A program made the translations under genes and the position numbers. 64,000 nucleotides of DNA from an uncultured virus (IMG/VR IMGVR_UViG_3300028577_000007) (lineage: Duplodnaviria > Heunggongvirae > Uroviricota > Caudoviricetes): IMG/VR virus record IMGVR_UViG_3300028577_000007; one strand, 5' to 3'. Of the stretch, positions 57,580-64,000 are shown piece by piece (the stretch's first letter is position 1; each line of letters starts with the position of its first letter). The notes beneath the pieces are model-generated. The model was not told the origin of the DNA. It made no database searches and saw only the letters and a list, made by a program, of their open reading frames with translations.

Positions 57580-59025
57580 GATGGAGCCAATGGAAGAGAG
57601 TTTAGAATCACTACGAGTAGCCATCACGAACCTCAAAGGCTGGCCCTTGAGCAAGCGCGACACCTTCGCCGCCTTCAGTCTGATGGGCCTCACGAGCCGC
57701 CTGCAGCCGCTCCAGGTAAACAGCACCGAGCACCAGGAGCTCGTCGTGGGGCTGGCGTTCAAGCTGGGGGACTTGGCCGCCGCAGAGAGTGAGAAGTAAG
57801 CATGCCGCAGCACAAGCTCGAGCGAGTAGCCCCACCGATCCCCTACGGCACCCGGGTCGCGCTGGTCGATGACGCTGGCGTGGTGCACATCACCCGCACG
57901 CGGAGCGATGCCTGGATCGTGTCTGATGGCGCCTCGGGCGCCTGGCTCGTGCTGGTCGAAGGTCGCACGGGTGGCTATCGCGTCGACCGACTATTCCTAC
58001 TGCCGGACAATGTACTGGAGCTCGCCTGATGCCGGATCCCGTCGACCACGCTCTCTCCGAGAGCAAGCTGAGGAAAGCGGCTCCCCCGCGGCCCGTCTTC
58101 ATCACGCTGGTCCACCAGCAATCGGGAGCGCGCAAATCCGTGCAATACCTGGGCATGGCCGGCATCCCGCTGCGGGCTCAGATTTTTTGGCCGATCGCGG
58201 GCGACTACCTCGTATCCCCCCGCTCCGGAACCCTCCTCGGTCCGCGCAAATCTGCCGAAGCGCTTCGCCATTGGAAGGTGAGCTCGCCGGATCACGTTTT
58301 CCTAAAGAATGAATACCGCTCGGCGCGCGCCAGGCTCTCTGACGCAGAACGACTCACCAAATGCCCGTGACCCCGCTGTCAATTGTCCCGAGGCTCCGCC
58401 AGCAGGAGCAGTGGCTGCGGAGCGGAGGCCTTTACGAGGCCGCGGTGACCATCCAGCGCCGCGCCGACATCATCGAGCAGGCCGGCGAGTACCCGAGCTG
58501 CCCGAGTTACATGGATCGTGGGACCGCGGCGATGCCGGACTGCTACCTGCTGGATGATTTGCTGATCGTGCCGTCAAGTGACGGCGCCGTGACGCTCGGC
58601 TTCACTAAGGATCGGGCGGAAGTCTTGCTGATGTATACGGCGGCGTACCTAGGCTTCAGCATGGGTGAGCTCGTGGATCTGGAGCACCAACTCTGGAAGG
58701 TCAGGGATCGATCGTGAAGCACACCGTGCGCATCTGGGATGCCCTGAACAGCACCGAAGAAGACGACGCGGTGGAGATCGCTATAGAAGTGTTCTCCGGC
58801 TACCCCGGCTACCCAAAGGGTCTCGATCCTTTCAGCGGAGATCCGCCCACGGAGAGCGAGCTGCTTCAGGCGGCGGAGCGCTTCGTGGAACAGCGGTGGG
58901 CCGAAAGCGACTACCTTGACTGCACGCGCGTGCTCGTGAGGAGAGCGGACGGGCGGCTCTTTGGGTACGATGTGCACGCCGAGACCATCGTGCACTTTAG
59001 GGCGGTCCCAATTGAATCGGCATGA
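57580..59025 (+). CDS. Run of five small coupled hypothetical ORFs (57580-57799, 57802-58029, 58029-58370, 58361-58717, 58714-59025)
   Basis: Overlapping or abutting start/stop codons. Confidence 0.55.
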
Positions 59026-59184
59026 GACCTCCGGTCGATTACACGCCGACCGGCTCGCGTGTCTTGGATTTCGCGCTCAACGTGCTCGACGGACTCGAGA
59101 TCGCGGTCCTGCTCGGGCTGTTTCTAGTGTTCGGGAAGAGGCAAAAGTTTTGACTCCCCACTCTTTCGATTTAAAAGGCCGGCC

Positions 59185-59787
59185 ATGGACCTGAACGCAG
59201 CTATTTTCACCTCGCTCATGAGAATGTCGCCGCACAAGACGGACACGGAGACGCGCCCCGAGCGCGAGATCCGGATGCACATCGTGGCCGACGCCATCCA
59301 TGACGCAACGCTTCGCGCTGCCTGCCAGGGGCGCTTCGCGGACGCGGTTTGCAAACCCATCTACTCCGACCGACGCACGCTCGCGGCGCTGCTCCTCGGC
59401 AAAGGTCACTTCGAGTCGAACTTCGCGGAGTACGTCCACACAGGCCATTGCGAACAGGGCCCCCCAGGGGCTCGTTGCGACTCAGATCGAAACGGCGTCC
59501 CGCGCGCTCACGGCCCTTGGCAACAATGGGAGCTCTCGGTCTTTCCTCGGGAGGACTGGGTGGCCATGCACGCTGCGACGCCAGAGGCGACGGGGCTTGC
59601 GGCCTGGCATGCGGCGCGGCTCCTGGCGGGGTCTCGGTCGATGTGCAAAGCCGCCTTCGGAGGCGACGAGATCCAGGCTGCCATCGCGGGCTTCGCGGGC
59701 AGCTGCACCATGGGCATGAGCCCGAAGAAGATCGCGTTTCAGGCGGCAACGGTCAGGAAGATCTTGGCCGCGCTGCCGGCCGAGTAG
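59185..59787 (+). CDS. Lysozyme/lytic-transglycosylase-like protein
   Basis: AALLLGKGHFESNF...RAHGPWQ resembles SLT ES and G..Q motifs. Confidence 0.6.
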   Translation: MDLNAAIFTSLMRMSPHKTDTETRPEREIRMHIVADAIHDATLRAACQGRFADAVCKPIYSDRRTLAALLLGKGHFESNFAEYVHTGHCEQGPPGARCDSDRNGVPRAHGPWQQWELSVFPREDWVAMHAATPEATGLAAWHAARLLAGSRSMCKAAFGGDEIQAAIAGFAGSCTMGMSPKKIAFQAATVRKILAALPAE

Positions 59788-59792
59788 GGAGC

Positions 59793-59983
59793 TTTTCGGA
59801 AAGCGCGAGCGGCGCGGTAGCGCCAAAACCCCCGGAGGCGCTCGCAGCAGCAGAAAAGATGCCCGATCGGCTCTGGCTACCGACCAACCGAGGGTAGTGG
59901 CGAGGTCTCCGAGAGGAGGCGCGTTGGCGCCTCTCGCAAACCGTGCTCTAAGTAGGCGGGATCGTTCTCTGACAACTGAACCT
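59793..59983 (+). promoter_or_regulatory. CRISPR leader 2
   Basis: Homologous to 30331-30526. Confidence 0.85.
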
Positions 59984-61689
59984 GTGCAAAGGGAGCCCGG
60001 GCCCGATGGAAGCCGGGACGCACACGATATGGATTCAGGCGAGGCACGATCTACGTGCAAAGGGAGCCCGGGCCCGATGGAAGCCGGGACATCGATCGGG
60101 CGATCGACGCCGCAATCGACGCCGGAGTGCAAAGGGAGCCCGGGCCCGATGGAAGCCGGGACGGTGTCGTAGGCGCGCGCGGCCGCGATGGGGTCAGCGA
60201 AGTGCAAAGGGAGCCCGGGCCCGATGGAAGCCGGGACAGGAAGTCCACCGCCGTCGTCTTGTGGACTTTGCTCGTGCAAAGGGAGCCCGGGCCCGATGGA
60301 AGCCGGGACACTTCTGGCGCTCCCGGCGAGCCCGCTCGGTCTCAAGGTGCAAAGGGAGCCCGGGCCCGATGGAAGCCGGGACGAGTTCACGAAGAAGAAC
60401 CGCGCTATCCGTTGTTTCGTGCAAAGGGAGCCCGGGCCCGATGGAAGCCGGGACCTATCCGTAGTCACGCACCGCGTGGCGTGGTAGGCGCCGAGTGCAA
60501 AGGGAGCCCGGGCCCGATGGAAGCCGGGACAATCGCTACGGGTTGAGCAGCACCGAGAGCTTGGACGTGCAAAGGGAGCCCGGGCCCGATGGAAGCCGGG
60601 ACGGCGGCGCTCCCTTCTGCCGGTGGCGAGCAAGCCCGTGCAAAGGGAGCCCGGGCCCGATGGAAGCCGGGACGAGACGCGCTCAATCGTCGTCGCCGAG
60701 GCAATGAGTTGTGCAAAGGGAGCCCGGGCCCGATGGAAGCCGGGACACGGTCTTCTTCGCGCGACGACGCTTCCGCTTCGGCGCGGCGTGCAAAGGGAGC
60801 CCGGGCCCGATGGAAGCCGGGACCCTGCGAGAGTCCCAAGATACAAAGCCCCTCGCTCTTGTGCAAAGGGAGCCCGGGCCCGATGGAAGCCGGGACGCCT
60901 AGTGTTCGCGCTCTTGAGCTTGTCAGTCATCGGCGTGCAAAGGGAGCCCGGGCCCGATGGAAGCCGGGACAGGTCATGGCCTACGTGCTCGTCCCCCGCA
61001 GTCTCCCCGGTGCAGAGGGAGCCCGGGCCCGATGGAAGCCGGGACCAGCGCTACCGGAGCGGCCAGGCCTTCCGCTACCAAGTGCAGAGGGAGCCCGGGC
61101 CCGATGGAAGCCGGGACGTGGAAAGCCGCGCATTGCCAGGCAGCGAGTGGGTAGGTGCAGAGGGAGCCCGGGCCCGATGGAAGCCGGGACACAGTTACTG
61201 AAGCGTAGCCAGTCAGGTTGGAATGATGTGCAGAGGGAGCCCGGGCCCGACGGAAGCCGGGACGATTAGAACGGCAACGGTCAACGTTTTCAGGTCGGTG
61301 TGCAGAGGGAGCCCGGGCCCGACGGAAGCCGGGACGTGCACAACGTGGCCGCGAGCTACTACGTGGACCGTTGTGCAGAGGGAGCCCGGGCCCGACGGAA
61401 GCCGGGACCCCTGGTAACGCGGGCATTCAAGACTCGGCGCTCACGCGCAGAGGGAGCCCGGTCCCGATGGAAGCCGGGACCAACACGTCTACGACAAGTA
61501 CGCGCGCGTTGCGTGGTGCAGAGGGAGCCCGGTCCCGATGGAAGCCGGGACGAATGTTGGACATTCCCGCCCGGCCTCTGTCGATCAGGCGCAGAGGGAG
61601 CCCGGGCCCGATGGAAGCCGGGGACAGCTCCCGGGTTCCTCGTCGCGCAAAACGAACGAACGCTCTGCAGAGCCGATGGAAGCCGGGAC
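59984..61689 (+). CRISPR. CRISPR array 2: 24 repeats (last one truncated), 23 spacers (35-41 nt), no cas genes
   Basis: Same 36-bp repeat as array 1 for the first 14 copies; GCAGAG variant from 61010 onward; degenerate trailer. Confidence 0.97.
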
Positions 61690-61704
61690 GAGCCGCGTCG
61701 CCTC

Positions 61705-61739
61705 AAAAACTTTCGCTCCAGACCGCCTCCGGCTATTGT
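61705..61739 (+). promoter_or_regulatory. Putative promoter (AAAAAC TTTCGC-N17-TATTGT)
   Basis: A-tract, -35 and -10 layout as in the other virion-gene promoters. Confidence 0.45.
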
Positions 61740-61746
61740 CCTGGCT

Positions 61747-62175
61747 GTGCCATTCGATCCCGAGCAGCCCCCGCGCCCCATGTGGGATGCGGGGTTAGGT
61801 GACGATCCTGCCCCGGTCTCACCGTCGCCGAGCGGCCCGGCCCCATTGCCGACGGCCCCCACGCAGACGAGCTCAGCTTCGTTGCCCGCCCCGGCTCCTG
61901 CTCTGACGCCAACGGCGGCGCGTCGGCGCGCCGGCGGCGCCATCGTGCTCACTGGCGTGGGCATCGGCGCAGGCGCGCTTCTCGGTGGCCCCTGGGGAGC
62001 AGGTTCTGGGCTCTTCTTTGCAGGCGCTCTCTCGAACGCCTACCGCGCCTCCACCCTGTGGCGCTCCGACTTCGCCGACGATCGAAAAGAAGCCATGAAG
62101 GCCACGGTCATGACCGTGCTTGGTGTGGGGCTTGCGGGCTACCTCGGCTATCGAGCGCGCGAGGCGCGCGACTGA
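61747..62175 (+). CDS. Membrane protein with DAGLGDD motif
   Basis: GTG start; Pro-rich; three hydrophobic segments; basic tail. Confidence 0.65.
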   Translation: MPFDPEQPPRPMWDAGLGDDPAPVSPSPSGPAPLPTAPTQTSSASLPAPAPALTPTAARRRAGGAIVLTGVGIGAGALLGGPWGAGSGLFFAGALSNAYRASTLWRSDFADDRKEAMKATVMTVLGVGLAGYLGYRAREARD

Positions 62176-62196
62176 ACACCAAAGAAAAAGGAACCC

Positions 62197-62520
62197 ATGA
62201 GCTACGTCGCTTTTCCTCCCGCTCCGCCCCTCGTGAGGCCGCTTGCTCGATCACGGTTTGGCCCGGGTCTCCGCGGTGTCGGTACGCTCATGGACGCGAA
62301 CGTGCTCACGTCCGCCTGGTACTTGCCGCTCATCGAGCGGCTGGATCGATCTTCGGCTGCGCGATCGTATCAGTGGGGCCCCATGAAGTATCTTTCGAAC
62401 TGGGACGCTCTCAACTACAACATCGGCTTTACCGAGTACACTGGGCTCGTGTCTCAAGAGTCCACGCTCTATCAATGGGACGGGTCCGAGTGGCTAAAAA
62501 CGAACGTCGGTAACGTCTGA
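62197..62520 (+). CDS. Putative virion protein (MSY start, LRGVG motif)
   Basis: 107 aa; purine-rich RBS. Confidence 0.6.
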   Translation: MSYVAFPPAPPLVRPLARSRFGPGLRGVGTLMDANVLTSAWYLPLIERLDRSSAARSYQWGPMKYLSNWDALNYNIGFTEYTGLVSQESTLYQWDGSEWLKTNVGNV

Positions 62521-62550
62521 CCACCCCGCGCCGGAACAAGAGAGAAAAAT

Positions 62551-63402
62551 ATGAGCTCCAGCCAGATTGTGCTGATGGACGGGCAGTGGACGATGTGCCG
62601 CTTCCTTCGCCCTTTCCCGAACTTCGAGCGTGTGTATCAAGGCAAGGGCGGCACGATCCCCATCGCCTTCCCTGGCGTCCTCGATCTCTTTGCCGAGCGC
62701 GGCGTCGTGGGCTTCGACCCAAACCTCATCGCCGGCATCACGGTTCCGTACGGCTCGCGTGTCACGATTTGGATCCCGCAAACCATCGCGGGCTACACGG
62801 TCAACGCGCTCTATCAGTACCAGATCATCTGGCGCCTCCGAAGCGTGCGGGACTTCCGGGCAGGTCAAGCAGAAGGCCAGGTCTCGGCGCTGCAAGACTA
62901 CTCCGGCTACCACCTCGCGACTTCCGGGCTCGGTCAGCCCGAGCAAAACCCGTCAGTCCCGACTCCGACGTCGGCGACGAAGCGCTACTTCATCCCGGGC
63001 TCGACGAGGACGGTCGCGTTCGAGCAGAGTGAGCCGGCGCTCGGGCTTCCGGGGGTCATTCACCTGACGGGTGAGATGCTGCAGCCGACCCTGAGCCCGA
63101 TCTGGACGCAGCCGCTCACGCCGAGCGGCGCCAACGCGGTCTGGCAGCAGGGCACCTACGTGGGCTCGTCCCAGGCCAACACCGGCGGGCCGTCGTGGCT
63201 CACGTTTACGTGCGACGCCGAAGGCGACGAGATGAGCATCCTCGCCTACAAGATCCCGCCGGACGAAGGCTCGCCGCCCGCGTGGGATTTCACGGCCGCA
63301 GCTCCAGGCGATCTCGCCTTCTCGAACACCTACGGCAACGGCAACGGTCAAAACCAGCCGAGCCCGTTCACGAGCATCATGGTCACGACGGGCACGCGCT
63401 GA
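62551..63402 (+). CDS. Beta-rich putative virion protein
   Basis: 283 aa; TSGLG; purine-rich RBS. Confidence 0.6.
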   Translation: MSSSQIVLMDGQWTMCRFLRPFPNFERVYQGKGGTIPIAFPGVLDLFAERGVVGFDPNLIAGITVPYGSRVTIWIPQTIAGYTVNALYQYQIIWRLRSVRDFRAGQAEGQVSALQDYSGYHLATSGLGQPEQNPSVPTPTSATKRYFIPGSTRTVAFEQSEPALGLPGVIHLTGEMLQPTLSPIWTQPLTPSGANAVWQQGTYVGSSQANTGGPSWLTFTCDAEGDEMSILAYKIPPDEGSPPAWDFTAAAPGDLAFSNTYGNGNGQNQPSPFTSIMVTTGTR

Positions 63403-63409
63403 CCGGACC

Positions 63410-64000
63410 GTGCTCGAGCCGTACCTAGGCCCCCGCGATCCGCAGGTGGACGTGATCTGGGTCATCGTGCCCTTCTCGCGCCCCGAGCACGCCTCGCGCG
63501 TGCTCGCGAACTTCGCCCGCCAACGCTTCGCGGGCAAGCGGCTCATCGTCGTCGGCAATGGAGCATGCGGCGCCGCGGGCTCGCTCTCGATCGGCGGCGC
63601 GCACTGGATCACTTCCGCCGCGCACCCGGCCCACGCCCGGAACGAAGCGCTCGCGTTCATTCGGAAGCGGGGCGGCGGCTTCTTCTCGCTGATGGACGAC
63701 GACGACTGGTACGGCCCGGGCTATCTTGACGAGGTAGCGGGTTACGCGCGCTCCGCCGACGTGGTCGGTAAGCGCCAGCACTTCGTCTCACTCGGAGAGG
63801 GCCTCACCGACCCTGCACCCCAGCTCTTGCTCTGCTACCGGCGCTACGCCGAGAGCGATCCGGCGCCATGGCTCACGGGTGGCGCGATCAGCGGCTGGGC
63901 CGAGACGGCGGTCGACTTTCCCGTCGTCAGGGGGACCGAAGATCTCGCCTGGTGCGATCGAATGATCGCCCAGGGCGCGCGCCTCCGGGGGCTATCCATA
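63410..64000 (+). CDS. GT2-like glycosyltransferase (3' end outside window)
   Basis: Manual translation: VIWVIVPFSRP...ARNEAL...LMDDDDWYGPGYL. Confidence 0.8.
   Translation, partial: MLEPYLGPRDPQVDVIWVIVPFSRPEHASRVLANFARQRFAGKRLIVVGNGACGAAGSLSIGGAHWITSAAHPAHARNEALAFIRKRGGGFFSLMDDDDWYGPGYLDEVAGYARSADVVGKRQHFVSLGEGLTDPAPQLLLCYRRYAESDPAPWLTGGAISGWAETAVDFPVVRGTEDLAWCDRMIAQGARLRGLSI

Larger units (their letters stand above)
1..64000. mobile_element. Segment of a large bacterial virus/provirus, probably tailless and membrane-containing
   Basis: Dense co-directional ORFs with ATGA/TGATG overlaps; phage-type replication and nucleotide genes; virion-like operon; no host housekeeping genes; no terminase/portal/tail genes recognised. 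Confidence 0.8.

Noticed and set aside
59482..61802. Long repetitive ORFs on both strands
   Set aside because: Translations of CRISPR array 2
1..64000. tRNA, rRNA, integrase, cas genes, reverse transcriptase/DGR
   Set aside because: No supporting motifs seen by eye; highly divergent members cannot be excluded without tRNAscan or HMM searches

Overview
This window looks like a 64-kb segment of one large, GC-rich bacterial virus or provirus. I found no host housekeeping genes, rRNA or tRNA. Genes run almost entirely on the minus strand from 1 to about 57200 and on the plus strand from about 57400 to 64000. No terminase, portal, tape-measure or tail gene is recognisable. Instead, 6100-30240 is a long virion-type operon. 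It holds a probable capsid gene interrupted by a 757-nt group I intron carrying a LAGLIDADG endonuclease, two neighbouring beta-rich proteins, a 700-aa protamine-like core/membrane protein, about 15 tail-anchored membrane proteins (three with peptidoglycan-binding repeats), and a transglutaminase-like Cys-His-Asp protease at its head. About 20 of these proteins carry a (hydrophobic)-x-G-L-G motif resembling the adenovirus protease cleavage consensus. This suggests a tailless, internal-membrane virus with a virion-wide proteolytic maturation code (inference). The element carries two cas-less CRISPR arrays (13 and 24 repeats) with the same 36-bp repeat and homologous leaders. Two adjacent spacers of array 2 perfectly match the element's own core-protein gene and dnaB, both antisense to the mRNA if the array is transcribed from its leader. 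Replication and nucleotide genes: Rep initiator with a putative internal origin, DnaC-like loader, intein-containing DnaB, stand-alone DnaA domain IV, beta clamp, ThyX, NTP-PPase and a kinase. Also present: two adenine MTases, a split overlapping-frame C5-MTase, HicAB, a dead RuvC, glycosyltransferases, a FkbM MTase, a J-domain protein, a papain-like protease and a lysozyme-like enzyme. All calls come from reading motifs by eye; no database searches were run.
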